The translations under genes and the position numbers were made by a program. DNA of 64,000 nt from an uncultured Pseudomonadales bacterium. GTDB taxonomy: Bacteria > Patescibacteriota > Microgenomatia > UBA1400 > PJMF01. Shown piece by piece: positions 1-10,555 of the stretch (position 1 is the first letter of the stretch; each line of letters begins with the position of its first letter). The notes below the pieces were generated by a model. The model was not told the DNA's origin and searched no databases. It was given only the letters and a program-made list of their open reading frames with translations. Location: assembly GCA_964491115.1 (NCBI GenBank), contig CAZBEW010000003.1:23026-87025 (forward strand), in the 5' to 3' direction.

Positions 1-97
1 GCGTTGTAAGCGATTGTGAATAAAGAAAATTAAGACGAACAATAATAAAAAAATTATTAAATAGTCAAAGATATTTAATTTATTAATAAAAACTTTT

Positions 98-1588
98 ATG
101 TCCTGTATAATGCGCCTTATGAGAGATTTCTTTTTAAACAAAGATTTTCGTTTTTTCATAGTTAATACAATATTTTTATTCAGTTTATTATTGGTAAATT
201 CAAACAAAGTCCTATTATTGCTTGCTTGCGCGTATTTAATCATATTGATTAAAAAAACGCAAAATTATCGCCTGAGCTTGTTTATTATGTTTTTTAACTT
301 TTTACCGCTGATTGTGGGTAGAAATATCATTGAAACTACTTTAATCGATCAAAGGGAAATCGTCGGTTTTTCAATTTTTAGTGTTAAATATTTTTTCCCA
401 ATTTATTTATCTGACTTATTTTTACTGTTAATTTATCAAAACTATTTTTCTGAAAAATTTTTTGCAAAAAATAAGCAAAATATACATAAAAAACAAGCAA
501 GCAATAAAAAACTAGCAATACCCTTTATCAGCTTAAGCTTGTTTTTTTGTCTGGTGCTGATAAGAAGCCTCAATCATGAATTTTCTGATCTATTGTTTTT
601 TGCCTCACTGATTATTGTTAAATACTTGCTCATTTTTTCTTTACCGTTAATACTTAATTTTAAAAAATCCTCAAAACTATTTACTCAATTACTAGCTAGT
701 AGTCTTTTTTTTCACAGCATCATTATTTTCATTGAACAAATAAAAGGCGGAAATATCGGTAGATTTATTGAAAACAGACTGCCTGGATTAGAAATGGGTA
801 CTCTATCCTCCGAGTCAAAAGATTTGCTGAGAGCAGATGGCATTTTTAATGAACCAAATATTAGTGCCATTTTTCTATTAATCAACATTGTGGTTTTGAG
901 CAATATTGCCATTACCCAACAAAATAAAAATAAAAAACTTAGTTATTTTTATTACATTATTATCTTTTTGGCTTTGGTAGCTATCATATTTACAGGTAGT
1001 CGAAGTTTGTATGCTATAACCATCATTTATTTATTCATCTTCTTTTATAAACACAAAAAACAAGCAATAAGATTACTAGAAAAAATCTGGAAAAATCGCC
1101 TGCTTAAAACGCTTATTATCAGCTCATTAATCTTGATTTTGCCCTACTTCCTTAGTCGGATGGATAGTGTTAAAAATGTATTTACTGATACCGGAAGTTT
1201 AACTTACCGATCAGAACTTAACCGAACAGTATTATCAATGTCTTATAAAAAATTACTTGGATTTGGTTTAGATTTGACTCCATATTATTTAGCAAAAAGT
1301 TTAAAGACTGTAGACAGTCTCCCTGTAATTTTTGATCAAGCTCCTGCGCACAATATTCTAGTGCAAATTTTGGCTGAAACCGGCATTTTTGCGTTTATCT
1401 TTTTTATTATTTTTGTTTATTATTCCTTAAAAATTGGCTTTCAAGGAAAAAATAAATATTTTAGTTTAGCTGCGCTTTTTTATTTGTTAGCTGCTCAATT
1501 TCATCCAGTGTTCACCAATCACTATGAATTAACTGCTTTTTTCTTTTTATATTTAGGCTTAGGAATGTATGAAAAAAAATATAAATAA
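98..1588 (+). CDS. Polytopic membrane protein, O-antigen ligase/polymerase-like (Wzy_C-like)
   Basis: At least 10 hydrophobic segments; a 'TGSRS' motif in a loop resembles the O-antigen ligase family; lies in a glycan-biosynthesis neighbourhood. Confidence 0.4.
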   Translation: MSCIMRLMRDFFLNKDFRFFIVNTIFLFSLLLVNSNKVLLLLACAYLIILIKKTQNYRLSLFIMFFNFLPLIVGRNIIETTLIDQREIVGFSIFSVKYFFPIYLSDLFLLLIYQNYFSEKFFAKNKQNIHKKQASNKKLAIPFISLSLFFCLVLIRSLNHEFSDLLFFASLIIVKYLLIFSLPLILNFKKSSKLFTQLLASSLFFHSIIIFIEQIKGGNIGRFIENRLPGLEMGTLSSESKDLLRADGIFNEPNISAIFLLINIVVLSNIAITQQNKNKKLSYFYYIIIFLALVAIIFTGSRSLYAITIIYLFIFFYKHKKQAIRLLEKIWKNRLLKTLIISSLILILPYFLSRMDSVKNVFTDTGSLTYRSELNRTVLSMSYKKLLGFGLDLTPYYLAKSLKTVDSLPVIFDQAPAHNILVQILAETGIFAFIFFIIFVYYSLKIGFQGKNKYFSLAALFYLLAAQFHPVFTNHYELTAFFFLYLGLGMYEKKYK

Positions 1589-4500
1589 AAAAACTAGCCA
1601 GTTATTTTTGTGGCTTGTTATTGTTGTTTTACTTGCCTTAATTTCTGTCACTTACTTATATAAAAAAAGCCAAAATTGGCAATTTTATACAGATAAAAGT
1701 ATTGGGCCAAATAATAAATTCACTATTTTTGATAATTTAATTTTTGACAATAATACAGTTTTTTTTAATAGTCAAAATAATAATACTTATGCCTTAAATA
1801 AAAATAGTGGTCAAATTAGCTGGATATTTAGTGCTGAATACTACAGCCCTTTTCCGCCAACAATTGCTGACGACAAAGTTTTTTTAGCAAATTTTGACGG
1901 CAACATTTATTGTCTCAACGAAAATACTGGCAAAAAAATTTGGCAATTTAGCACAGAAGAACAATATCAGCCTGATACACCAGTATTAAAATCAAGCAAT
2001 CATGACCTACTTTTTGTCGGTTCGAGAAATGGAGCTCTATATGCTTTAAACAGTGTCGATGGCTCATTGATATGGAAAAAACAATTTCAAGAACTCGATG
2101 CTGCTAAAGCTTTTGTTGGAGGGTCAATTCATTTTGGCAGCATTTATCTTGATAATGATGATGTCTATGTTTTTAATGCCGTAGAGAATAAGTTTTTTTC
2201 AATTGCACAATTAGATGGAACAATTAATTGGCAAATAGACAATCTAAGCTTCAGTTATAGATCGCCAATGTTTTATCCCGATCACATCATTATTAAACAA
2301 AATAAATATGCGCTTAGCATTGATAAAAAAACTGGATCAATGCAAAAAATTAATCGCAGTGGTCAAGAAAATGTCGCTTGGGAAATATTTAAAATTGAGG
2401 ACGATAAACAACAGCTATTGATTTTAGATGATCATGCTTTGCAAAAAATTGATATAAATTTTCGTGAAATTGAATGGACCGCAAATAATGTGGATAATGT
2501 TCTTTTTTGGCAAAATAACACAGAATCTCCAAGTGTAAAAACTGCTGGAGAGCAAATTATTGCCCAAACTTTCTCAAGACTAGAAAATCAGAATATTTTA
2601 CTTTTCCTTGATTATCACACTGGCGTCATCACTAAAACACAAAAAGTTGATAACTCGATTAACGATCAATTATACGATGACGACAATATTTTTCTGTCAA
2701 CGGGTACGGGAGCAGTTTATTCGATCAATTCTGCTACTTCAGCAATAAACTGGAAAGTCATAATTGACGGTGAAACAGACTCGCTACATTTAATTAAAAA
2801 TCAGCTGCTTATAATTTCACTGAAACCTAGCGGAAAGATTTCTTTAACATATTTAAATAAAGAAACAGGAGAAAAAAAGTGGACATATACCAGTAATTTT
2901 ATTAGTAATAAAAAAGACATCTATGTCAAAGATCAATCGGTATTTGTTTTTAATCAAGACAATACCCTGCTTAATAAAATTAACATCAGCAATAAAAAGC
3001 CAAAAGATAAAACAATAAAAAAAATAAATTTTGTTTATGATCAAGATCAAAACACTAAAGATCCTTATCTAAAAATTGCAAGAGCAAATAATAAGCTGTG
3101 GCAACTGACAGAAAAAATTTCAGCATTTAAATATCGCCTCAAAAATTTTAAAAATATTTATTCTTTTAATTTTGATCAAGAAATTAAAAATAATGTTTTA
3201 GAAATTTTAATCACTCATGACGAAAATCTTTATCAAAATAAATTTACTGATTTAAAAATTGAAGCAGTTTTAGAAAAAATCGACAAGCAAGACAAAATAA
3301 AGCTTAATGGTTTTTATTATGATCACAACACTTGGAAAATTCGCTTCTCCGCTCCAAGCCCCGGACAATATAAATATCAAATTAATATCAAAAGCCCATT
3401 TACTATCAAAAAGCATTCTGGAATTATCCAATTTGATGTGGGCAAAGAAGAAATTATTGGTACTCAACAAGGGTTATTGCTAATTAATAATAAAACAGTT
3501 TTCTTTCCTTTGGGCATACAGGGTGCCTTTGCAGACTGGAATTATAACGGGAACATGATGGATACAATGAGTAATTCTGCGACCGATAAGCCCGTTTCAG
3601 ATGCAAATGAGTTTTCTTATCTAAATATTGATGATTATCTTGACTTATACCAAACAGAAGCCAAAATAAATATTTTTCGTTATGGAGTTGATCATTGGAC
3701 GATGCCCCTCTGGCACTCAATTGACCCGAAAAACATTATTTTAAGTACCAATGGAGGCAAATTTGGTGACACCCTAATAGAAAAATTAAAAAATAAAGAT
3801 ATAAAAATTATCATGACGATTTTTGGCTTTTATCCTCCCTATCGTTCTTATGAAGAAATTAGCGATAAAAATAATCAACAAGCTCTAAAATTTTATCTAG
3901 ATTACGTGATTGCCCGTTATTCTGCCCACATCGATTTATGGGAATTAAGTAATGAGGCCGAAGCTCATGAACTTTGGTATGAGTTTGTGATAAATTATTT
4001 AAAAGAAAATGATCCCTACCACCATCCAATTAGCACTAACTGGGAAACTGAATCAGCTAAAGATTTAGACTTTTTATCGGTGCATTGGTATAACCCCGAC
4101 ATCACAGATCCTGGTCATTTAGCTAATCAAATGGGATATCTAAATCAGAAATATAATAATCAAGAAAAAGCTGTATTAGTTAGTGAATTTGGTTTCAAAA
4201 ATGTTAGCTATTTTGCTAATTCTGCGGAAAGCATGAGGGTGCTGAGCTGGTTAGGTAGTTTTCAAAATATGGGTTTAATTTTTTGGACTCAAGGTCAAAA
4301 TGGCATCTACAAAAATCTAGATAATGCCAATATTTATTTGGGGCCAACAGAAAGAGTTTATTTGCGCAATCTGCAAGAATTTTTACCAAAAAATTTAGCA
4401 ATACCCGTTGAAAAGGAAATGTTGGTAATTGCAGAATTACACACTCAAGCTTATTTATTAAAAAACCAAGATTACATTTTAGCCTATTTGTTAAAATTAG

Positions 4501-4688
4501 ATGAAAGTCAAGAAAAAAATGCTTGGCTAAATTTAAACTTAAATAATAAGGCCAAATTGGAATGGATCGAACCAAAAACAGGCAAGATTTTAGAAAAAGG
4601 CACCTTGGAAAAGGGTGAGCAAAGCATTCACATTCCAAATTTTGACTTAGATCTTGCCATGAAAATTACTTATTTAGATAATGAATAG
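1569..4688 (+). CDS. Secreted/anchored fusion protein: PQQ-like beta-propeller repeats plus C-terminal GH5-like glycoside hydrolase domain
   Basis: N-terminal TM/signal; repeated 'G.IYALN...G...W' blades typical of PQQ/BamB-like propellers; C-terminal 'LWELSNEAE' and 'VLVSEFGF' match the two catalytic Glu motifs (NEP / TEFG) of clan GH-A / GH5. Confidence 0.5.
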   Translation: MKKNINKKTSQLFLWLVIVVLLALISVTYLYKKSQNWQFYTDKSIGPNNKFTIFDNLIFDNNTVFFNSQNNNTYALNKNSGQISWIFSAEYYSPFPPTIADDKVFLANFDGNIYCLNENTGKKIWQFSTEEQYQPDTPVLKSSNHDLLFVGSRNGALYALNSVDGSLIWKKQFQELDAAKAFVGGSIHFGSIYLDNDDVYVFNAVENKFFSIAQLDGTINWQIDNLSFSYRSPMFYPDHIIIKQNKYALSIDKKTGSMQKINRSGQENVAWEIFKIEDDKQQLLILDDHALQKIDINFREIEWTANNVDNVLFWQNNTESPSVKTAGEQIIAQTFSRLENQNILLFLDYHTGVITKTQKVDNSINDQLYDDDNIFLSTGTGAVYSINSATSAINWKVIIDGETDSLHLIKNQLLIISLKPSGKISLTYLNKETGEKKWTYTSNFISNKKDIYVKDQSVFVFNQDNTLLNKINISNKKPKDKTIKKINFVYDQDQNTKDPYLKIARANNKLWQLTEKISAFKYRLKNFKNIYSFNFDQEIKNNVLEILITHDENLYQNKFTDLKIEAVLEKIDKQDKIKLNGFYYDHNTWKIRFSAPSPGQYKYQINIKSPFTIKKHSGIIQFDVGKEEIIGTQQGLLLINNKTVFFPLGIQGAFADWNYNGNMMDTMSNSATDKPVSDANEFSYLNIDDYLDLYQTEAKINIFRYGVDHWTMPLWHSIDPKNIILSTNGGKFGDTLIEKLKNKDIKIIMTIFGFYPPYRSYEEISDKNNQQALKFYLDYVIARYSAHIDLWELSNEAEAHELWYEFVINYLKENDPYHHPISTNWETESAKDLDFLSVHWYNPDITDPGHLANQMGYLNQKYNNQEKAVLVSEFGFKNVSYFANSAESMRVLSWLGSFQNMGLIFWTQGQNGIYKNLDNANIYLGPTERVYLRNLQEFLPKNLAIPVEKEMLVIAELHTQAYLLKNQDYILAYLLKLDESQEKNAWLNLNLNNKAKLEWIEPKTGKILEKGTLEKGEQSIHIPNFDLDLAMKITYLDNE

Positions 4689-5810
4689 TTGTTGATGTTA
4701 AAAAATAAAGTAATCATTATCCCGATTGAAAATGCTTGGGATCATAGCGCTGATTTTTTGCGCCAAACAGCCTTTGTTTTGAGTAAACACAATTTGGTTT
4801 ACATTTATGACCACAACAACCATTATTTTTTTGGCAAAAAAAAGCGGAAAAACGTTTACCCAAATTATAAAAACATCATATTTCATCAAGTTAAATATTA
4901 TTTGCCTTTTGAGAGATTTAAAATCATTGATAAGCTCAATCGCTACTTAAGTTTTAAATTATTTTTAGCAAAACATCGTCGTGCAGATAAAATTTTGTGG
5001 ATTTTTTATCCAAATTATTATGATTTTGCACAAGTAAACAGTCGAAAAATGCTAAAAATTTACGATTGTGTTGACTATAGTGAAGATCAGCAAAAAGAAA
5101 ATATTTTAATTAACAGCGTTGATTATTTTTTTGTTAACTCAAAAGCTTTAAAAAACTTGTACGCAAAAAGGAAACTGAACAAGCAAGCAATTTATATTAG
5201 CGCCCAAGGATTTTTCCAACCAAATGATAAAAAAATAAAATCAGTGCCACTTAAAAAAGGCAAAAGCAAAACTGTAATTGGTTATATTGGTGGCCTTAAT
5301 TGTCGCTTGAACTACCCACTACTTGATCAATTAATCAGCAATCACCCGGAATGGCTATTTGTATTTTATGGCCCAGAACAAAAAAATATTGAAAAAGATA
5401 AAATTTATCATACACAAAAATGGATTAAAAAATTAAAAGAACACAAAAATACTCTTTTTGGCTATAGTAATGATCGATATTTCATTTATGGTCTCATAAA
5501 AAGCTTTGATATAGCAATTATTCCTTATAATCTAGACTTGGTTTTCAATTTATATTGTTATCCAATGAAAATTTTTGAATATTTTTATCTGGGGGTGCCA
5601 GTTGTTACTAGTGCTATTCTTGAATTAAAAGAAAAACGTTTTGACGGGCTGATTAACATTGCCAATGATTATAAAAGTTGGGAAAATAGCATAGAAAAAT
5701 GGTTAGAAAACAAAATGCCTGCCAAAAAACAAAGACGACAGAGAGAGTTGGCAATAAACAATAGTTGGCAAAATAAAATTAAAAAAATAGCTAAGGTGAT
5801 AGATTGTTAA
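4689..5810 (+). CDS. Glycosyltransferase (GT1/GT4-like C-terminal domain)
   Basis: 'IGYIGGL..RLNYPLLDQL' and 'PMKIFEYFYLGVPVVTS' resemble the Glycos_transf_1 nucleotide-sugar-binding region (E-x7-E-like region). Confidence 0.45.
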   Translation: MLMLKNKVIIIPIENAWDHSADFLRQTAFVLSKHNLVYIYDHNNHYFFGKKKRKNVYPNYKNIIFHQVKYYLPFERFKIIDKLNRYLSFKLFLAKHRRADKILWIFYPNYYDFAQVNSRKMLKIYDCVDYSEDQQKENILINSVDYFFVNSKALKNLYAKRKLNKQAIYISAQGFFQPNDKKIKSVPLKKGKSKTVIGYIGGLNCRLNYPLLDQLISNHPEWLFVFYGPEQKNIEKDKIYHTQKWIKKLKEHKNTLFGYSNDRYFIYGLIKSFDIAIIPYNLDLVFNLYCYPMKIFEYFYLGVPVVTSAILELKEKRFDGLINIANDYKSWENSIEKWLENKMPAKKQRRQRELAINNSWQNKIKKIAKVIDC

Positions 5811-6701
5811 TTATTTACTTTTGGGTGATAGCTGAGGAATTGTTAACAGAAAGCGATTTGGGGAGTTGGATTCAAAAGAATCAAGTTTTATATTCGAGAT
5901 AAGCAAATTAGCTTTTGATATATAAGTGTGTAGTGTAAAAAATTCTTGCCATTTCTTTACTATACTTTCAAATTGAAGTGCTAAGCCTAAGTTTAGAATA
6001 AATATACCATTTTTATTGAGCGCGCCTTGAATGTCTTTGATAAATGCTCGATCAACAACTCCTTTATTAAAATTATAGCCATCAAACATATCTATAATTA
6101 TTAGATCGTAAGAACCGTTCACTAATTTCGGAAACTTTAAACCATCACCCTGTATTAAATTTATTTCAGAATCGTCTTTTAAAAAATACTTTTTTGCCCA
6201 TTCAATCATCGTTGGATTATATTCAATGACATCAACTTTTTTACCTATTTTATTTTCAACAAAATAACTAGCTAAAGAACAACCAGCTCCACCTAAAAGC
6301 AATATTTTTTGAGAAGATAAATTAGCGGTTAAATATTTAACTATGTCTAAAAAGAAATATTGCTTAGAATTTTTGTTAAAAAGCGGAGATCTACTACTAA
6401 AACCTGATGTTCCAGGTTGAGAAATTTCTCGAAAACTTTTATTTAAATCTCGTGGATAAATAAAATTACGCACATGATAAATATTTCCATCGATATTGCG
6501 TTTATCTAGTAAAAGAAAAAAACCTTCAGTAAAAATTTGATAAGCAATCCGTGCAAGGTAAAAAATGAGTATTCCAATAAGAATTAAGGCTATTGAGTGA
6601 CTAAAATACAAATCAGCAAATAAAATTAAAGATAAAAGAATACAAAAAAAAGTAAAAAATTCTTTTAAATTTAAACCATTTTTTAAATACATTTGCATCA
6701 A
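5811..6701 (-). CDS. Spermidine-synthase-like (aminopropyltransferase fold) protein with N-terminal TM segments
   Basis: 'LLLGGAGCSLASY', 'VDVIEYNPTMIEWAKKYF', 'INLIQGDG', 'YDLIIIDMFDG' fit the spermidine/spermine synthase Rossmann motifs; N-terminal hydrophobic helices. Confidence 0.45.
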   Translation of the reverse strand: MMQMYLKNGLNLKEFFTFFCILLSLILFADLYFSHSIALILIGILIFYLARIAYQIFTEGFFLLLDKRNIDGNIYHVRNFIYPRDLNKSFREISQPGTSGFSSRSPLFNKNSKQYFFLDIVKYLTANLSSQKILLLGGAGCSLASYFVENKIGKKVDVIEYNPTMIEWAKKYFLKDDSEINLIQGDGLKFPKLVNGSYDLIIIDMFDGYNFNKGVVDRAFIKDIQGALNKNGIFILNLGLALQFESIVKKWQEFFTLHTYISKANLLISNIKLDSFESNSPNRFLLTIPQLSPKSK

Positions 6702-6745
6702 ATTATATCATAAGTATAGGACCTCATTTTCTTTGCTATAATTCT

Positions 6746-7537
6746 TTGACTTATAAATTTAAGGTAGGTAATTCTATAGAACATAATATTTCTGATATGA
6801 AATTTTTAAATTATTTTAAAATAATTCTAAGCAAAATTGGATTGAGAGAACTTTTTATCGATTGGGGCTTGATTCATCCAGAATTACAACAAAGCCTTAT
6901 TAAGAGACAAGTTTCTAAAAAATTAATTAAAATTTACGACGGAGATGAGGGTCACGCAGTCAATTTTACTCAATACTCTTTAGGGTTTGGATATATTCAC
7001 TACGCTTTTATTCGCAATATAAAGGCTAAAAACATCCTATGCATCGGTTCTTGTAAAGGTTATATTCCAGCCATATTAGCTTTAGCTTGCAAAGATAATC
7101 AATTCGGAAGCGTTGACTTTGTTGATGCTGCTTACAGTCAATACAATAAAAAAGACAGTAAAAAACATTGGCGTGGTGTTGGCTTCTGGAAAGAAATTAA
7201 TCCAAAAAAACATTTTGCCAAAATTAAAGTAGATCAATATATTGATACTTATGTTATGACTTCGGAAGAATATGCAAAGAAATTTCCCAAGAAAAAATAC
7301 CAATATATTTACATCGACGGCGATCATTCTTATGAAGGAGTAAAGCTCGATTACAAATTATTTTGGCCCAAGCTTGAAAAAAATGGTTTTATGGTTTTTC
7401 ATGATGTGGTAGCTAAGGGATATTTAGATAAAGGCTTGTTTGGTGCTTGGAAATTTTGGCAAGAATTGAAAAATAAAAATAAAATCATTTTTCCTTTTCC
7501 CAAGGAGTCTGGTCTAGGAATTTTACAAAAGGATTAA
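6746..7537 (+). CDS. Class I SAM-dependent methyltransferase (TylF/CmcI, Methyltransf_24-like)
   Basis: 'ILCIGSCKGY' Gly-rich SAM loop; 'YIYIDGDHSYEGV...NGFMVFHD' matches the DGDHSY signature of the TylF/CmcI family. Confidence 0.55.
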   Translation: MTYKFKVGNSIEHNISDMKFLNYFKIILSKIGLRELFIDWGLIHPELQQSLIKRQVSKKLIKIYDGDEGHAVNFTQYSLGFGYIHYAFIRNIKAKNILCIGSCKGYIPAILALACKDNQFGSVDFVDAAYSQYNKKDSKKHWRGVGFWKEINPKKHFAKIKVDQYIDTYVMTSEEYAKKFPKKKYQYIYIDGDHSYEGVKLDYKLFWPKLEKNGFMVFHDVVAKGYLDKGLFGAWKFWQELKNKNKIIFPFPKESGLGILQKD

Positions 7538-7543
7538 AACAGC

Positions 7544-8791
7544 ATGTTTGGTGTAAAAACAAAAATACTAAACAAAATAAACAAAAATTTCAAAACTATT
7601 GATACTGATAAATCTATTACAAAAGTTGAGAGTTATATTTTAACGCGTTTGATAAAAAAAGAACTAAAAAAAGAGGCTGATATTAGTGACAATCAACAAG
7701 TAATAATAAAAAAAACTAATAATTTTGCTTCAAAAATCATTAAAAAAACTAGTGATTTTATGCCAAATAACTTGGGTAATTGGTCTATAAAAAACCCTCA
7801 CACACTTAGCGCTAAACTAGAACTAACCGCCATTAGAACAATAAAAAATCTTTTGGGTGCCAACAAAGAAATAATCGGGCACTTTAGTTCAGGAACAACT
7901 GAGGGTAATATTTATGCGACCTGGATAGCCCGCAATTACTTGCAAAAACAACTAAATTTAAAAGAATCACATAAAATTGTGATAATAAAAAGTTGTCTAG
8001 CCCACTATTCTATTGATAAAGCTGCAGACATAGTTGGTCTAAGACTCATAACAACTGGTATTCATCAATCCAAATATAATATTGATTTAAAATATTTAGA
8101 AAAAAATATTGCCTCTTTATATAATCAGGGAATTAGAGGGTTCATTATTCCATTAACTTTGGGTTATACGGTTACTGGCACAGATGATGAATATGTAAAA
8201 ATTGTTGATTTAGTCAAGAAGTTTGAAAAAGAAAAAGTTGATTGTAAATTCTTTTTATGGATTGATGCTGCATATTCTGGAATGCTAAAAGCTTATCTTG
8301 ACGATGATTTTCATCCTTTTGCTCAAAAAAGTATCCAATTAATCAGCACCGATTTACATAAAAGTTTAGCTATTCCTTATCCAGCTGGTATTTTGCTTTA
8401 CAGAAAAGAATTATTAGACTATATCAAAAAAACAATTCCATACATCGATCAATTTGATACTACGCTTTTAGGATCAAGGCCCGGCTCAAGCGTGTTGGCT
8501 AGTTGGTTTACTTTCATTAATCTAAGTAAAAAAGAGATTAGAAATTATTATAATAAGGCAAATGAAAGAAAAAATAACTTTTTAGAAAAGATTGTGAATG
8601 AAAATATTGGAGTACAAATAATTAACAATGCCACTAGTCTTCAGGCCTGCCTGATTAGCTTTAACAAGGCTTCCGATAAGATTTTGAACGATAAATATCA
8701 TTTAAAGAGTATTAACTATAAACTATTGTTTGGACAAAAAATTAAAACTGTTAAGCTATATAAACTATATTTCTTTATGAATCTGAAATAG
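7544..8791 (+). CDS. PLP-dependent group II decarboxylase (MfnA/tyrosine-glutamate decarboxylase-like)
   Basis: 'HFSSGTTEGNIYATWIAR' (GGTE-like) and 'STDLHKSLAIPYPAGILLYR' (S.D.HK PLP-lysine motif). Confidence 0.55.
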   Translation: MFGVKTKILNKINKNFKTIDTDKSITKVESYILTRLIKKELKKEADISDNQQVIIKKTNNFASKIIKKTSDFMPNNLGNWSIKNPHTLSAKLELTAIRTIKNLLGANKEIIGHFSSGTTEGNIYATWIARNYLQKQLNLKESHKIVIIKSCLAHYSIDKAADIVGLRLITTGIHQSKYNIDLKYLEKNIASLYNQGIRGFIIPLTLGYTVTGTDDEYVKIVDLVKKFEKEKVDCKFFLWIDAAYSGMLKAYLDDDFHPFAQKSIQLISTDLHKSLAIPYPAGILLYRKELLDYIKKTIPYIDQFDTTLLGSRPGSSVLASWFTFINLSKKEIRNYYNKANERKNNFLEKIVNENIGVQIINNATSLQACLISFNKASDKILNDKYHLKSINYKLLFGQKIKTVKLYKLYFFMNLK

Positions 8792-8794
8792 TAA

Positions 8795-9799
8795 ATGAAA
8801 AAAAGCCATCAAATAGATCTAAACACCATTAGTGAAAAAGAGTTTAAGAAAAAAATCAAAAAAAGAAGCTTTGAAAATACCAAGCTGATCGATTCTATCG
8901 AAAAGTATTTTATAGAAAAACGGGGCTATGTATTCAAAATGCCAAAACCAGAAGAATCGGTAATATTACTCTATTCTGGTGGTTTAGACTCGACAGTTGC
9001 CTGGTCTTATCTAATAGAAAAATACAAATTACATGTATATCCATTAGTATTTAAAAATAGAAACAGTTTTGGACAAAAAAAATCGATTTTTTATTTTAAA
9101 AAATATTTTAAAAAAAGATATGGTAATTATTATCACGAGCCCTTAGAAATATATAGCAATTTTTTTCCAGCAAAACTTTTCAAGCAAATGGCTGATCTAA
9201 AAAAGATTCATCCTGAAACCCTGTTGAACTACTTAATAGATAATCACAAATCTTTTAAATTTAATAATTTTTTTCCAGGATCAAATGCTTTAACTCCGAT
9301 TTCTGGCGTTATGTATCAAAAATATCTCGAAAACCAATATAATATAAAAATTAAAGCCATTTTTTTAGCAGTGCTGGCTGGAGATGGCACTGAAATTCCA
9401 TCGCAAAGTTTTACCTATTTGCGTAAGACTATGCTCTTTTTAGACGAATTTATTCAGACAGGAAATTTGCAAATTGCTTCAATTTTTTTTGAAAAGGAAA
9501 TAGGCTTGTTTTGTGAAAAAAAAGATATTATTAAACTAGGAGTTAAAACGCTTAAGATCCCCTTAGAAAAAACCTATAGTTGTTATGCAAAAAAATTATT
9601 TCACTGTAATGACTGCCTTGCCTGTTATTCAAGGCGTCTAGAGTTCAAGAAAGCAAATATTGTTGACAAAACTATGTACTATGATAAGCTTTTTATAGTA
9701 AAAAAAGTGGCTAAATTTAAGCATTTAGCGAAGTGTTATTTATTAAAAGGAAAAACTTTATGCAAGCATATCAAGCGCCAAGTTGTGAAAAAATCGTAA
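8795..9799 (+). CDS. PP-loop ATP pyrophosphatase, QueC-like (7-cyano-7-deazaguanine synthase family) with N-terminal extension
   Basis: PP-loop 'SGGLDST'; C-terminal Cys cluster 'SCYAKKLFHCNDCLACYSRR' resembles the QueC zinc-binding C..C..C..C motif. Confidence 0.45.
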   Translation: MKKSHQIDLNTISEKEFKKKIKKRSFENTKLIDSIEKYFIEKRGYVFKMPKPEESVILLYSGGLDSTVAWSYLIEKYKLHVYPLVFKNRNSFGQKKSIFYFKKYFKKRYGNYYHEPLEIYSNFFPAKLFKQMADLKKIHPETLLNYLIDNHKSFKFNNFFPGSNALTPISGVMYQKYLENQYNIKIKAIFLAVLAGDGTEIPSQSFTYLRKTMLFLDEFIQTGNLQIASIFFEKEIGLFCEKKDIIKLGVKTLKIPLEKTYSCYAKKLFHCNDCLACYSRRLEFKKANIVDKTMYYDKLFIVKKVAKFKHLAKCYLLKGKTLCKHIKRQVVKKS

Positions 9800-9871
9800 T
9801 TTCTGTTCTTTGTGGTGAAAATGAGACAATAGAATAGATAATCTTTTTTGCCAGTTTAATAGAGCCATATT

Positions 9872-10141
9872 ATGTTGCTTTATTGTCGTTCTGATTTTAT
9901 CTTCCAAAGAAAAATCGATAACACTCTTTGTTTATTAAAAAACAAAGACAAATATATTTATAGATTAAACGAAACAGCTAGTTTTTTGTGGCAAATACTG
10001 GAAAAAGAAGCCTCAAGTGAAGACCTAAGTCAAGCTTTAAGTAAAAAATACAATATCCCCTTGGCACAAGCATCCAACGATGTAGATAATTTTTTAACTT
10101 ATTGGCTGAAAGAAAAATTAATCAAAAAAGTTGTTCAATAA
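9872..10141 (+). CDS. PqqD-family protein (RiPP-recognition-element-like peptide chaperone)
   Basis: 89 aa; 'YIYRLNETASFLWQIL...EDLSQALSKKYNIP...ASNDVDNFLTYWLKEKLI' closely follows the PqqD consensus (Y.LN.t...iW.ll.g...eI...l...y.v....a..Dv..fl..L...gli). Confidence 0.5.
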   Translation: MLLYCRSDFIFQRKIDNTLCLLKNKDKYIYRLNETASFLWQILEKEASSEDLSQALSKKYNIPLAQASNDVDNFLTYWLKEKLIKKVVQ

Positions 10142-10555
10142 TCGCAATCTAAACAACAATCTTTGCCAGACGATAAATAATCGCTTATCAAAATAGCTAA
10201 GTTCACGATTTGTTTTTGATTTAGAAACAGCTAGGCCAACAAAGTCTTTTTTAGCAACTGGATCAAAATCAGCAACACTCAAATTATCACCCATGGTCAC
10301 CAACTTAATGCTAGGCTTGTTTTTTGTATATAGTTTTTTAATAACTCGGTGAATAATTAAATTTTTGTCAAAAGCTCGATAAAAACAAATTATGTCTCCA
10401 GTTTGAATTCTGGCAAACTGAGTTTTCTCCACCCAAACATTATCTCCGATTAAAAACAATGGCGCCATGCTATCACTTTTTATTTTTACTTGAAACATCG
10501 CGCCAATTGGTAAATTTAAAAATAATTTTGCAGAATTCAAAGTTTTTTTATTCAT
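10118..10555 (-). CDS. Signal peptidase I, ER/archaeal SipW-type (S26, Ser-His)
   Basis: Box B 'SDSMAPL', box C 'GDNVWV', box D 'IIHRV' (His in place of Lys), box E 'GDNLSVADFD'; translationally coupled with the ABC ATPase gene. Confidence 0.5.
   Translation of the reverse strand: MNKKTLNSAKLFLNLPIGAMFQVKIKSDSMAPLFLIGDNVWVEKTQFARIQTGDIICFYRAFDKNLIIHRVIKKLYTKNKPSIKLVTMGDNLSVADFDPVAKKDFVGLAVSKSKTNRELSYFDKRLFIVWQRLLFRLRLLNNFFD

Noticed and set aside
712-4638. Short minus-strand ORFs (712-912, 2853-3050, 3270-3470, 3484-3720, 4216-4638) inside the long plus-strand genes
   Set aside because: Embedded antisense ORFs of AT-rich coding sequence; no motifs.
8795-9799. Possibility that the PP-loop protein next to the PqqD-like gene is a lasso-peptide cyclase (Asn-synthetase homologue)
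   Set aside because: Only 334 aa, no glutaminase-type N-domain, and the C-terminal CxxC...C...C cluster fits QueC-like enzymes better; kept as a QueC-like call.
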